Source: the human T2T-CHM13v2.0 reference genome, Homo sapiens. Taken from it: 64,000 nucleotides of DNA. Positions 27,453 through 41,818 of the stretch are shown in pieces. Within the stretch, counting starts at the first letter, position 1. Every line of letters starts with the position of its first letter. Location: NCBI RefSeq assembly GCF_009914755.1, contig NC_060935.1, one strand, 5' to 3'. The translations under genes and the position numbers were made by a program. The notes under the pieces are model-generated. The model saw nothing but the letters and a program-made list of their open reading frames with translations, ran no database searches and had not been told where the DNA came from.

Positions 27453-29321
27453 TGGGCTCCCCACACTGATCTGTGTGAGCCAAAGCTGTTTTCTGAGAAG
27501 CATGCCCTCATCTTTCCTCCACCAAGAATGGAAAAACTCCCAGTGCAGCTCCTCTCTCTTGAATTGGCCACCTTAGATAGATCTAGCCACAACTTTCAAT
27601 CTAGTCTTTATGTTCCCCCGATTCCAGCATGCATCATTTAAGGTACTTGATTTTTTTCTCTTGAGTCCCCCTGTTTCTCCTGGCTTAAGAAGAGGCAGAA
27701 ACGAGAGCCCTCTCCTTTTCCACCCCTTGAGGTGGGATGGGGGACCGGGAAGAGAAATACACAGGTATTTGACATCTTACTACACAGACATCTTCTATGA
27801 TCCCTCTAAATGGATGATTGCATAACAGTACAAAAAAATGAGTTTTATGCCACCCTCTTTGAAAGTCTTGCACTGGTGGTTTAAACACCCTATTTTGGAA
27901 TCTAGGAATATTTGGTCTTTTGAAAGAGGCCAGAAAGAGGCCATTTAATAACCTGTTTCATGACCATCATTATTACTAAGCAATGGAACACATAAATAAA
28001 TAGGATGGATCTTTGTCTTTATGAGTCTCCATTTCTAGAAACATGCATTACACATTTGCATGGTATTTTCAGGCTTACTCACCTTAACCCCAAGGGCTAT
28101 GGGAGTGCCAGGAAGTCATGGCAGCTGGGAAAGCAGATCATTGGGAGGCAAGAGAAGATCCAGCCATTCTAGCTTTTCTCAAATTCAAACTCATACATTT
28201 AAGCAATTGTGAATTTATCAAGTGCTTCTTATTTTTCCTAATTTCATATTCATGGTGACCCCTGTGACTTTGTATTATTTTCCCAAGTTCTTCCTACAGA
28301 GTAGTACACTGAAACTCAGAAAAGTTAAGTTCTTATTTAAGGTTATGCAGCTGGTTTACAGCATAGAGGAACTTGAACTCACGCCCTCTCTCCAGCACGC
28401 TACGCTCTTGCCTAGCTGCATTAAGAACCCACAGAGTTTAGCTGCTTCTTACCAAAAAGTTGAGATGGAGTAGATTTTCAAAAGGCAATATTTAAAAAAA
28501 AAAAAAGCAGGGTGAACACTCCTGCTAGTCAGCCCCAGAGTTCAAATTAAGAAGTTCCACTAGGTAATCATGCATATATTTGGAACTGTGTATTGCAGAG
28601 TCTCTTAGATATATGGTTTTCTGGGAATGCATTTGTCATGTTTAGCATTCTAGCTTATTTCTGAGATTGGAGATAAGTCTCTGAAAATATCGGTCTAATA
28701 AGGAAGAAGCACTAAGCAAGAGGCTCCAGAGAGTGGCTCCAAGTTGGGGTGGACAGAGGTTTTGATTACTTTGTGATTTATCACGTTTAATTTTCAAAAC
28801 AAATTAAAATATTTTCCCTCCATTTCATGCCCCAAAGCCTTGGGACTACGTATGGCAGTCTCTCTTGGCAGCTGAAGCAGTTTGGAAGAAATAAGTGGCT
28901 TCTCATAAGAGTGAGTGCGGGAATGCAAGATGATATCAACAGCATGTGACCAGACCACTTGGCTCCCATATGCGTCCCCCGTAAATGAAGTTGGTCAGAT
29001 GACCCATAAATATAATGTATAAGACAGGCATCAGGACTGTTGCTACTCACCCTTTCAGTGTGGGTCTCTTATTGATTGTTACCAATCCAACTCCAGCAAG
29101 TGACAGCCAGGAGTCCTTTTTCCAAAAGACAGACCTTTAGCTATAATATTTTGTCATAATCGTGTGGCTTGTGTTTTATCAGACAAGAAATCAATGTTGT
29201 ATATCTAATTTAATTCAAATTAAGGAAAAGAAACTCTATGAATATATGTGGGGAAACACTTTTTTTCAATTTTATCTGCCTAGAAGTAGAATTATTTTTA
29301 AATAATTCTCAAGCAAAAATA

Positions 29322-30695
29322 AATTAAGACCTTACACCTGCCATAAAAATCAACTCAAAATGCATCATAGCCCTAAATGTAAAACATAAAATTATAAAAC
29401 TCCTACACAGGAGAAAGCCAAGGTCACCTAGGTAACCTTGGGTATGGTGATGACTTCTCAGATACATAACAAATGGCATGAGCCATAAAAGAAATAATAA
29501 GCTAGACTTTATTAAAACTAAAAACTTCTGCTCTGCAAAAGGCCATGTCAAGAGAATGAGAAGACAAGCCACAGCCTAGGAGAAAATATTCGCAAAAAAA
29601 AAATACCTGATAAAGGACTTTTATTCCAAACACAAAAAAACTTTTAAAACTCAAAGATAAGAAAACAAACAACCCAATTAAAAACTGAGCCAAAGATCTT
29701 AACAAATACCTCACCAAAGAAGATATACAGGTGGCAAATAAGCATATGAAAAAATAGATATTCAACATTATATGTCATCAGGGTAATACAAATTAAAACA
29801 ACAAAGAGATCCCACACACACCCACTAGAATAGCCAAAATCCAGAACACTGACAATGCCAAATGTTGACAAGGATGTAGAGCAACAGGAGCTCTCATTCA
29901 TTGCTGGCAAGAACGAAAAATGGTGCAGCCACTGTAGAAGACAGCTTGGTGGTTTCTTACAAAACTAAACATACTCTTAACCATACAATTCAGCAATCAT
30001 GCCCCTTTCTATTTACCCAAAGGAGTTAAGAACTTATGTCCATATAAACACCTGCACACAGATGTTTATAGCAGCTTTATTTATAATTACGAAAACTGGA
30101 AGTAACCAAGATGTCTTTCAATAGTCAAATGAATAAATAAACTATGGTAAATCCAGACAATGGCATATTATTCAGCGCTAAAAAGAAATTAGTATCTAGC
30201 CAGGAAAGACATGGAGGAATCTCAAAAGCATATTACTAAGTAAAAGAAGCCAATCTGAAAAGGCTACATAGAGTGTAATTCCAAATATATGATGTTCTGC
30301 AAAAGGTAAAACTTTTTTTTACTATTATAGAGGCATTAAAAAGATCAGCAGTTGCCAGCAGTTAGTGGAGAGAGCAGGATGAGTAGCCAGAGCTCAGGAA
30401 AGTTTTAGGGCAGTGAAAATACTCCAAATGATACTACAATAGTGCATACATGTCATTAAACATCTGTCCAAACCCATAGAATGTATAACACCAAGAGTGA
30501 ATCCTAATATAAACTATAGACTTGGATCAATGTAGGTTCATCAGTTGCAATAAATGTACTGCTTTCGTTGGGGATGTTAATAATGGGAGAGCCTGTGCAT
30601 GTGTGGGACCAGGAGATATATGCGAAATCTCTGTGCCTTCCTTCCAATTTTGCTGTGAACCTGAAACTGCTCTAAAACAGTGAAGTCTTTTTAAA
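29322..30695 (+). mobile_element. L1MC-like 3' portion
   Basis: aaaatcaactcaaaatgcatcatag ... ccaagagtgaatcctaatataaactatagac ... tgtgaacctgaaactgctctaaaa. Confidence 0.85.
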
Positions 30696-31074
30696 AATGC
30701 ACATATGCACACAAGTAAAATAAAATAAAATAGGGAGTAGTTTGACCCCACCATTATTCAGGGAGTTGACTCAGGCCTGGGACACATGAGTTGGAAGCCA
30801 TTTCTTGAAGTGCTCAGGGAAGTGTCACAAGGACAGCCCCGAGCTTATGCAGGTAAACTGGGGCCACACCACACCCTAGAGTCTCTGTCTCTGGGCTTCA
30901 GTTGTCTCATCTGAAAAATTGAGAGTATCATGCAAATCTGAAAGCGGAGAAATCAACCAATTATTTTGTAAAGTCTATTCAAAGGCTTACATTTGTGACT
31001 ATATGATATTCTATCCATGAAATGCCCTTCAACAAATTGAGGGAAAGAAAGGAGATTATGTTTGTGTCTTGCAA

Positions 31075-31320
31075 GAGTCAGTGGCATAGTGGGGAATAGC
31101 ACAGTTTTTGGTGAGGGCTGCCTGAGTGTGAATCTTGGCTCAGCCATTCAATGGATGTGTGACTTGGGCAGGGAGGTCAGTTGCCCTTCTCTGCACCTTG
31201 GCTTTATCATCTTTACACCTCACAGGGTTGTAGTCAAGATCAAATGAGTTCGCACATATAAAGCATTAGAATAGTACGTGGCACATAGTAACCTCTTAGT
31301 CAATGTTAGCTATTACTATT
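31075..31320 (+). mobile_element. MIR, near full length
   Basis: gtggcatagtgggga ... atgtgtgacttgggca ... gcacatagtaacctcttagtcaatgttagctattactatt. Confidence 0.8.
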
Positions 31321-31464
31321 CTCCTTTTTCATACACATTAGTGTACAAAGATAGACCCTCCAACCCAGTAAATATATTCAAGGTGGGACAGAGGAAGGAC
31401 CCACCAGAATAGTGTTATCTGGCCTGTAAGAGTGAACTTAGGTTACATCCAAGTATTTAGATGA

Positions 31465-31700
31465 GTAATAATGAGTAGTTGACTCCTATGATGTACAGAC
31501 ACCTTGCTGGGCACTTTATATGCATTATCTTTGATGTTGTTAATAATCTTTCAAGGTAGATAGTAAAGCATTATTACTCTTCTCATTTCACAGATGAGGA
31601 AAATGAAGTTAGAATACGTGTCCAAATCCACAGGGTAAGTGGCAACACAGCAATTCAAACCCAAGCCCATTTAAATTCTCAAACATGCTGCCTCCAGAGT
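31465..31700 (-). mobile_element. MIR
   Basis: ggcactttatatgcattatct ... catttcacagatgaggaaaatgaag. Confidence 0.75.
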
Positions 31701-34700
31701 AAGCATGGCCACTCTTTGAATGCCCACTTTGGGCCAGGTATGCTGCTGGCCACTTGGCTTTATGCAATGTCTCTAGACCTTATAGTCCTACAGAATGGGC
31801 ATTATTATCTCTACTTCTTTTCTCAAAGATCTGCACCAAGCCTCCTATTTTCTTTGCATAGTGCTTACCAGCAACAGTGAGGTGGGAAGCATCTGAAATT
31901 TTTCAAAGTAGGAGTTGAGATGACATTGCTGACAACACTCGGATATATTTATTTCCAACCATGCCAACTGGCACTCTGGCACTTCATATTAAATAATGAG
32001 GCTCATTCAAGCTGGAGGGATGACTCATTCATTGCCTGTCAGTACTAACTAGTGAGACTTGCTGACTACAGCCTAAAGCCAGGGACCCTCTCTCATTAGT
32101 GGTGGGGATGCCTACCCTCACCTCCCAGCAAGAACTAAGGGCTTAGCATCCTCATTCCCACTTCCAACCGTTACCCTACCCCCACTTGCCTTGAGAAGCC
32201 AACACAAGCGACAGAAAGCTGAGCCTAATTACCCTAATGGCCTGTCACAGCACAACAGCTCATGAAATCTTTACTCAGGGGTGAGTGCCCAGGCTTGCAT
32301 ATTTATTTTTAATTATAGCATCTCACAAAGTCAAGAGAAGTTGGAATTTGCCTTGCTGTGACATTTAGGAGTCCCCAACTCAGTTGTAGTTTGCTTATTT
32401 TGGGTGAGTACTCTCATCAGGCATGCTGTCCGCAGGGGCTGACCATTTGTGGTCATCTCACGTCCTGTGTTTGCTTGGCTGCAGCAAGAAGCAGGCTGCT
32501 GCAACCGCTGGTCATTTGTATCTGTTTGGAAGATTCAACAGGAGAGGGAGGCTTGCAGAAAACAAGCTTATGAGATGAGGGTGCATTGCTGAGCTCTGCA
32601 ATATTATTTTCTTGCAAACTTGTGTGGTTCCTTTACCTCTCTGGTCCTCATTTTTCAAATGTGGATTTTAAGTTACAGCTAAAACAGGTGATTTCTAAGA
32701 ATTTTGAGATAAAATAATCAACCTTTTGATTCTAGAAGCATCCATACCTGAGCCTTGCCAAAGGGATGCTATTCTGTTCAAAATCCTGCAAAGTGAAGTA
32801 TTTCCCAGTTCTCCCTTTCTGTCTTCCCATGGTAAGCCATTTCTGGAGTTAGCAAGTCTTGTCATAAGCAAGGTGCTTTCTTAAACATTCTCTAATTAGC
32901 ACTCTTTCTTTATAATCTTTTATTTATAATCTTTAGAAAGGCCAATCCTGTTATTTGGCTGCCTCTCTAAGTCTTCTTACAGTCTAAAGTCTCTCTAATT
33001 TAGACTTCTTGCCAGAATTTGGGAGTCGGCCTTGTTATTCATCAGCGTTCTCTTTGACCCAGAAGATTCTTAAGCCTCATTCTCCCAAAAGAGGTGGGCT
33101 TGTGCTGCAGTTCAATGGAACATTTCTCAAAAAGTGTTCTATAGAACACAGGTTACCAGGGATATAAAGTAAGTGCTCCAAGAAAGGGCTCTGAAATCAA
33201 ACACATTTTGGAAATTCTGGGCTGAACAGAGTTGAATAAGCATCTTATCCTAGGAAGTTGGGGTCTCTCTTCCTTGCCTGTTAGAACTGGGACTGCGGAA
33301 TTAGAAAACTGGGGCAGAATTGTCCTATCCTGGCAGTTACCTGAACCTTCCAGACAGGAGAAGAAAGTGAGAGAAATACCTTTCACTCCTCCCAGGCTAA
33401 ACCCCACCTCTGCTACAGAGGACATCGTAGAGGAATGAACAAAGTCAAGGTCTTGGAAAGTACACAAGCCACCAATGCTCACCTCCCAGCTCTGCACTTT
33501 CTACTTGTGTGATATTAGGCATATTCTCTCTCCAAGCTCTATATCCTTAACAAAGGAATAGGGATAAAAATACCTGCCATGCAGGGTTGTTGTGAAAAGT
33601 AACTGAGAAAACACAAATAAAAGGTTTACAGTTACTCAGACAATTTCAAATATTGTCAGAACCAAAATCCAATTCCCTTGATTACCAAACAAGCCACCTA
33701 CCCCTATTTGGAGATGGGGTAGGGGACACTCATGTCCCTTCTAACTGAGGCACCCCGTCCCTTCTTCCTACTTAGAAATGGTATTGTCCAGACCCCAAGA
33801 CAGACATGCCTGCTCAAGGGATGCCAAGCCTGACTTTGAACAGCATTGACAGCCAATCCCTGCCACAGGCAGGAAATTCTGTGGAGGAGCAGCTTGTCAG
33901 CAGTTTGAAAACCCATGGAGACACCAGAAATGGAAGATTGCAGTGTCCTCTGGAGAGTGAAAAGGGAAGCACCCCATTCCTGATGTCAGCAGGAAGCCCT
34001 GCAGGGCCATCCTGACTACAGGAGAAGTGGGGTGTCCTCAGGAGACCAATCAATTTTCTTTTGCCACCTCCAGTCTCTAAACAAGATGAAAACTACCAGC
34101 CCTTAGGCATGTTTCAGTTGGCTCACGCAGTGGTTTTAAAAAGTCACGTTAGTTGCCAAGGTTTAAAAATTCAGAGAGTCCACATAAAAATTCACATTTA
34201 TAGCTTCTTTTCTTTTTTAAATCTAAATATTCCTGCATCATAGCAATTGATCAGGTTAGAGTAGATGCAGTCCTCTTTAGAGGATGGTAGCAACTCCATT
34301 CTCCAGTAACCATCCTTCCCTATTTTATTATAACTTGTCTTCTTGACTTACTGTGTTACTCAATGGCACTTCCAGGCATCTGAAATGGAACATAATTTAT
34401 TTAACAAATTGTGTGCAGGTACTGTCCTGGGCTAAATGTACAAAACAAGCTAGTGAGGGAGGAAGATATGCAAACAATGGCAACAGTACTTAGATGCTCT
34501 GGCAGACATAGACAAAGCCTGTGGGACTCCAGAGGTGGGAAGGACAATTGCCTAAAAATAATAATACTTAGAATTTATTGAGTGTCTACTATGTGCCAAG
34601 AATTTATCTGCCTAAGGAGTCAGGAACACCTTCACAAAAATGTTTCAGTTGGGGAGCCCTTCAAGAATAAGAACATTGTCAAGTAGAGAGGGGCATTTCA

Positions 34701-34803
34701 GACAAAACTGCATCTTCAAAGGCTGTAGCAAATTAAATGCTTACCAACAGTGTATGAGGGTTCCCTTTCCTGCACATATGCACCCATTTTTTAAATCAGA
34801 TTA

Positions 34804-35165
34804 CAGTAGACCTCCCCAACTTATATAAGGAGGATATGTTCCAAGACCGCTAGTGAATGCATGAAACCATGGATGTTATCAGTACCAAACCTTATATGTA
34901 CTGTAGTATGTTTTTTCTGTACATACAAACTTATGATAAAGTTATAATTTATAAATTAAGTACAATAAGAGTTCAACAATAATAACTAATAATAAAATAG
35001 AACAATTATAACAGTATACAGTAATAAAGGTTATGTAAATGTGGTCTCTCTTTCTCTCTCAAAACTTCTTATTGTACCATATTCACCTATTTTCAGACCA
35101 CAGTTGACCACAAGCAACTGAAACCTCAAACCCTGGAAAGAAAAACCGCAGGAAAGGGGGGACTG
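34804..35165. mobile_element. MER44-like (Tigger7 family) DNA transposon
   Basis: ta|cagtagacctcccc...ttat...gatatgttccaagacc ... gcaggaaagggggactg; degenerate TIRs. Confidence 0.75.
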
Positions 35166-35351
35166 TTTAATTTGGTTTTGGATATTGAGTTGTGTGAACA
35201 AGCCAAGAGAGTCCAGTGAACAATGGAAATTATGACGTGGTTGCTGCCTTAGTTGCCTGAGGGGCTGGGATGAGAGAAGGGCCTATCAGCTTAGTTGGGG
35301 GCTGGAGGGACTCTGAACTCTATCCTACAGCCAATGGGAATGCATCAGGAT

Positions 35352-36745
35352 TATTTTTTATTTTAAAATATTTAATTGACAAGTAAAGATTGTATATATT
35401 CAAAGTGTGCAATGTGATGATTTGATATAAATGCATATATAAATAGTGGAATGATTATCAAAATCAAATCAATCAACATGTCCATCATCACCCATGCTGT
35501 ACATCAGAACCCAAGAACTTGATCATCTTAAACCTGAAAGCTTGTACCCTTTGATTGACATCTCTACATTTCCCCCACCCCAGTCCCCTAGTAACCATCA
35601 TTTCATTCTTTGATTCTATGAGTTTGACTTTTTTAGATTACACTTATAAGTAGATCATATAGTATTTGCCTTTCTGTGTCTGGCTTATTTTACTTATTTT
35701 CCTTTGGGTTCATCCATAAATAGTAGTCTTTTCATAAATAGTAGTCTTTCCTTCTTTTTATGGTTGTATAGTATGCCATTGTATACATGAGTATATGTAT
35801 ATATACACAATGGAATATTACATGTAGAATATATATTATTTATATGTTTTCATAATGGCTGTATCAATTTACATTTCCACCAAGAGTATATAAGGGTTGA
35901 CTTTTCTCCACACCCTCACCAACACTTGGTATCTCCTGTCTTTTTTATGATAGCCATCCTAACATGTGTGAGGTGATATTTCACTGTGGTTTTGACTAGC
36001 ATTTCTCTGATGATTCATGATTTCTTCTAGGAGTTTTGCAGTTTCAGATCTTACAGTTAAGTCTTTAATGCATTTTGAGTTAGTTTTTGTATGTGGTGTA
36101 GAGCAAGAGTCCAATTTCATTCTTTTGCATGTGGATATCCAGTTTTCCCAACATCATTTAATGAGGAGACATTTCTTTCCCCACTGTATATTCTTGGTAC
36201 CATTGTCAAAAACTAGTTGACCATATATACATGGATTCATTTCTATGGTCTCTTTTCCATTCCATTTGTCTATGTGTCTGTTTTTATGCCAGTACCATAC
36301 TGTTTTGATTACTGTCGTTTTGTAATATAGTTTTAAATCAAGAAATAGGATGCCTCCAGCTTTATTCTTCTTTCTCAATGTTGCTTTGTCTAATTAGGGT
36401 CTTTTGAGATTACACACATATTTTAGGACATTTTTTCTATTTCTGTGAAAAATGCCATTAGAATTTTTATAAGGATTGCATTGATTCTGTAGATTGTTTA
36501 GGTTATATGACATTTTAACAATATTAATTCTTCCAATCCATGAACATGGGATACATTTCCATATATTTGTGTCATCTTCTATTTCTTTTATCAATGTCTC
36601 ATAGTTTTCAGTGTACAGATCTTTTATCTCCTTGATTAAATTTATCCCTAAGTATTTTATTCTTTTTATGCTGTTGTAAATGGGATGGTTTTCTTAATTT
36701 CTTTTTCAGATAGTTTATTTTTAGTGTATAGAAATGCATCTAAGT
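35352..36745 (-). mobile_element. L1MA: 3'UTR plus ORF2 piece with internal deletion (~36015)
   Basis: Minus-strand ORFs MIKEIEDDTNIWKCIPCSWIGRINIVKMS and [38 protein letters not shown]. Confidence 0.88.
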
Positions 36746-38743
36746 TTTAACTAGCTTCTCTACAGCCCTTCCTTACAACAGACTTAGATAGAGGTAAAGA
36801 GTCAAGGATCCTGAAAAGGAGGAGAAACAGAGGGATGGAGCCCGTGCTAGTCACTGCCCTGTCCAGACTACTGAAAAGTGAGGCTGGTGTGAATTCGCCT
36901 AGACTGGTCCCTACTACCCTTACTCAAGTCTTCTATAAGACATATTCAGGGAATTCAAAGTTTGCATAGATATTAGTCCAAGTCCACATAATGAGAAAGG
37001 TAAAGATGATGCCAAACATACTGACAATGCATTTGAAACCCAAGTGTGATTCATATCCCTCTATCTTGAGTTAATAATATTCCTTCCACATCAGAAGATA
37101 GGTTTGAGTCTTTCTAAGTGTCTATAAACATACGTTTTCTCTCAAAGCCATGCTCAAAATACCGTTTAGAAACACATGCTTTCATCACTGCTCCTTCCAG
37201 CATCTTCTTTATTTTTTGTTAAATACTTCTGCTTAGTGAATCACTTCCTTTTGGCAATGCCTATTCATGCTAATATGCAAAGGGGTCATGGGGCAGGTCT
37301 GGGGCCACTTTGCCATGCAGATTATTTAGAAGAAGCAACATGAGAGCCCTTTGGGAAATTCTCTAATGTAACTGAATCAGAAAGTAATATCCTGTTTTGT
37401 CTGCACTCTGCTCTAGTCCTCATGTGTCCTGTAGGGGAATCCTGGAGTTTCTCCCTGCCTGCTGAAAAATAAACAAACCACCGGCTCCCAGCCCTACCCT
37501 AGAGCCATCCTAGGGAATTACACTGAAAACAAAGTGTGGTCAAAACTGAATCAAAAAGATGGAAACAAAGCCTTAAAGTTCTCATTAGCTGCTGATTTTA
37601 CTTCTTGGAGCAGAAATTTCAATATTTCCACGTAGAATAAGCATTTATATCAAGAGTACCTGACTTCCAAACTTTTCATGTAAGAGGACCTTCTTAACTT
37701 CACATGGTTTAAAAACTCTTCAAAATACTGTCAATATCAAGCAGTTGAAAAAGCACTAATAAAATGAATTAGAAATTTAGTGAGGGTCTTTAGAGGAATT
37801 TTAATTCTATTAATCATGATAGTATATTTGTTTGCCCATTGAAAAATGGCAGCGCTCATACATGTGAGGCTTCTCTTTTTTGCTTAGTCTGAAGTGTAAA
37901 CAGTATTACTTGGTAAGCAGATTGATCATGGAAGCTTTTGCAGGAATCTTTTTCCCACACTCCATCCCCCACAGGAGTCCTCTACCTGCAGATTGAAAAT
38001 CACTGTGACTCAGAAGAAACAGCAAGGGTGCAGTGTTTTGTGTTTCTTTTAAGTTTGTTCTTGTTTTGCCAAAGAACAGAATTCTCTGTGATATCTGCAG
38101 AAAACTATTGGGATTTGGTCAAAGCCCTGTAAAACTGCTCTGTCTGCCTGCCTTCCTTCTGCTTGAATTGGCCACAACCTCCTTAAAGGATAGGTTCCTC
38201 GAAGGCCTCTTCTATCATTTACTTCATCATTAGATAATCTTTTCTCAGGGTCTGTAGCTCCATGCGCTATACTTAATATGAGTACCATCATTTCTTTTCC
38301 AGGAGCTAATACTACAGGAAGGACCAGGTTGTCTGGACTTTACAGAAGAAGAGACAGAGCAATGAGGCTAGAAAGGGCACCCCAGGTCATCAAGAATCCA
38401 AAATTCCATACAGAATTTAGTCATACACTACATTAATTATTTTACCATCATATACTGAATGTATGCTATATGTCAGGTAATATGGAACAAAACTTAAAAA
38501 TCTGTCCTCAAAGAGGTGAAAGACACAAGGTAGCGATGCTTTTAAGCTTCTTTGAGAGCTGTGGAAACACAGAAACCAAAATAAGTTAAACTCTGTGAAA
38601 AGCAGTAATGAAGCGTCATAGTTCAGAGAAGGGAAAATTGTCCTCCAGTCAGGTAAAATCTGGGTAGGCATACAAAGGAAGCTATGTTTGAGTTGGGCCT
38701 TGAAAGACAGGGTGATTTGGATCATTCTTTAGGTCCCATGCCA

Positions 38744-38994
38744 GGCCGGGAGCAGTGGTTCATGCCTGTAATCCCAGCACTTTGGGAAGCCGAGGCGGGC
38801 GGATCACGAGGTCAGGAGATTGAGACCATCCTGGCTAACACGGTGAAACCCCATCTCTACTAAAAATACAAAACAAAACAAAAAAATTAGCTGGGCGTGG
38901 TTGCGGGTGCCTGTAGTCCCAGCTACTTGGGAGGCTGAGGCAGGAGACTCCAGGCTGGGCGACAAAGCGAGACTCCATCTCAAAAAAAAGAAAA
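38744..38994 (+). mobile_element. AluY-like with ~55-bp deletion in the right arm
   Basis: atcctggctaacacggtg; junction gaggcaggaga|ctccaggctgggcgac. Confidence 0.92.
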
Positions 38995-39224
38995 TCCCTT
39001 CCCTGCCATAATGTTTGTGGTCTGGGTCTGGAAATTAGAGTTGTGGGAAAATAGTCATTTGGCTTTCACTTAATTAAGGAAGACTTTTCAATAAAGGATA
39101 AGTGAAGGCGTCTTTGAAAGAAGGCAAAAGGGAAGTGCCTATTACCAGACAATAACACGCTTTCAGATTGTAAGGGCTAGTCCAGATTGCAGTAGATTCT
39201 ACTAAGCCTGAATGAACGACTCCC

Positions 39225-39606
39225 AATTACAGGCTGAATTGCATCCCCCCACCAAATTCATATGTTGAAGTCCTAACCCCCAAACCTCAAATTGTGTCTG
39301 TATTTGGAGACACAGCCTTTAGAGGGGCAATTAAGTTAGAATGAGGTGATTAGAGTAGGCCCTAATCCAATATGAGTGGTGTCTTTATAAGAAGAGGAAA
39401 TTAGGACATAGAGAAGAAAGACCATGGACATACAGAGAGAAGATGGTCACCTATATGCCTAGGTCTTAAAAGAAACAAACTGCCGAACCCTGCCAACACC
39501 TCGATCTTGGACTGCTGGCCTCCAGAACTATGAGGAAATACACTTCTGTTGTTTAAGCCACTCACTCCATGGTACTTCATTATGGCAGCCCTGGCAAACA
39601 AATACA
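39225..39606 (+). mobile_element. MLT1A/B-like MaLR LTR
   Basis: aaattcatatgttgaagtcctaacccc ... gcagccctggcaaacaaataca. Confidence 0.85.
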
Positions 39607-39829
39607 TTCCTTCTGATACATTTTCCTGTCTTAGACTCATAATGCCTCCAAGATTAGCATTTTTACTACATCCTTATGCAAAGGCCATTGACATTTTACA
39701 CCTAACCCCCTCTTGCTTCATTTTTCACAATCCTTCCCTACTTGCTACCCCACCAGCAGCCTTCCCTACTTTCACACGTTACACTTTGCACACCCTCTCA
39801 CGGCATCATGCTGCTTGGAGACTTCTGCA

Positions 39830-40170
39830 CTCCAAAGAAAGTCCATGACCTTGTGGCTTTGTGCACGTCCTCTTCTTTGCCTCTTGTCTATTTGGGGAGT
39901 TCCTTACCATTTCTCAAAACTCCACTCAGAAGCATGACCTCTGGGTAGGCTTCCCTGTCCTCCCCTCCCCAATTCTTAATGTCTCACTCCTCTATATTCT
40001 GAATATAATTGCATAATTGCAGTTATTGGTATTTTACTTCCTAAATAGTGAGTTTCTTTATGAACTCTGTCTCATTCATCTCTATAGGCCCACACCTAAC
40101 ACACATCCTGGCATACAGCAAGTACTCAGTAAATGCTTATTAAATTGAACAAGTAATGAAACATGTTGTC
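39830..40170 (+). mobile_element. L2 3' end
   Basis: cctggcatacagcaagtactcagtaaatgcttattaaattgaa. Confidence 0.6.
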
Positions 40171-40680
40171 ATCAAATAAATTCACATTTTAACAAATAAA
40201 CTCTTAACTGGGACAGAACAAAAAAATGGTTCTTTTGGGTTGAAATTACAACGGTACAGCATTTATCTGCTTACCAAACACTTTTACTGCCATTAAATAT
40301 ATATGTTAGGGACAGAGGTGACCTTAAATCCTGGATCAAGCATCTTCATTTGCAATGTAAGAAAATTGAGTGAAGTGAAGAAATTTATCCAAAGCCACAT
40401 CACTAGTCAAGTGGAAGACATTCAAACATAGACACTGAGAGCTGACCTAGAGCTTTTCCACTTAATCCAAATTGTAGTCATTGCTTTGGACCTAGATCGA
40501 ATCCAGGTTTTCCATGGATCTCTTCTGATTGTTTGTATCCATGCTAATGCTCTTCTTCTCTGGAATTGTTATTGGCTCAACATACATTGGCTATTGATCT
40601 TGCTGCCTCATGTAATGTTCCATAACTCTGTCTTCAGAACAGGTTTTGAAATCAGAAATACTGAAATCCAAATCCCACCT

Positions 40681-40703
40681 CTTCTCTCTCTCTCTCTCCC
40701 TCA

Positions 40704-40738
<35 letters not shown>
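40681..40738. repeat. (CT)n-(CA)n compound microsatellite
   Basis: Direct inspection. Confidence 0.9.
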
Positions 40739-40743
<5 letters not shown>

Positions 40744-41342
40744 CGACGACCAAAAATAAACTGGGGTGGGTGCTGCCATGGGTATGAAGATTTCTGGTAC
40801 TTTCGTAGGCAGGATTACATCTCTAGGGCTGTAGAACGAGTGATTCAATACAGGGAAGAAGGAGCCTTGGCCCAGGATGTAGCAGGTGAGTCCTTTAGAG
40901 GAGCTTGCTTGTGGCCAGAAATCCTAGGACGGTCACAAGTATAAGAAAATGTGGACCCTCTCTCTTGTGAATACCAGGAGAGGAACTCACCTGAAGCAAA
41001 TTTACATCCTCGCTATTTCCCCTGGTGAGCATTCACATACAATCTAGTTCTAGATGTGCCAGAATGGACACAGGGTGGGGAAGCCTTGTTTTGTCATTCC
41101 TGCCTCTCGTTGGCTGCTGTGCCAGATTACTTGGTGCTGGCTTATGGTGTAGATAGAACACTCCGAAAGTCACCTGTAGTATGTCATGGCCAGCAGAGCA
41201 CTGGCAACCTGAGGCCACACTGTGACAGCCACTGGGGCCATATGGCTTGCTGATGGCCATGAAGCTTCATCTTTGATGGAGGTCATCCCTGAGACCAAGC
41301 TACCAGAATGCTGAGCCTGGAAGCAAATAGAAAACTGAATAG

Positions 41343-41818
<476 letters not shown>

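Noticed and set aside
35715-35750. Short tandem duplication cataaatagtagtcttt (similar one at ~63860-63915)
   Set aside because: Ordinary small duplications inside dead L1 sequence.
40486-40944. 152-aa ORF
   Set aside because: Non-ATG start, reads through a (CT)n(CA)n microsatellite (THTHTH), no recognisable domain.
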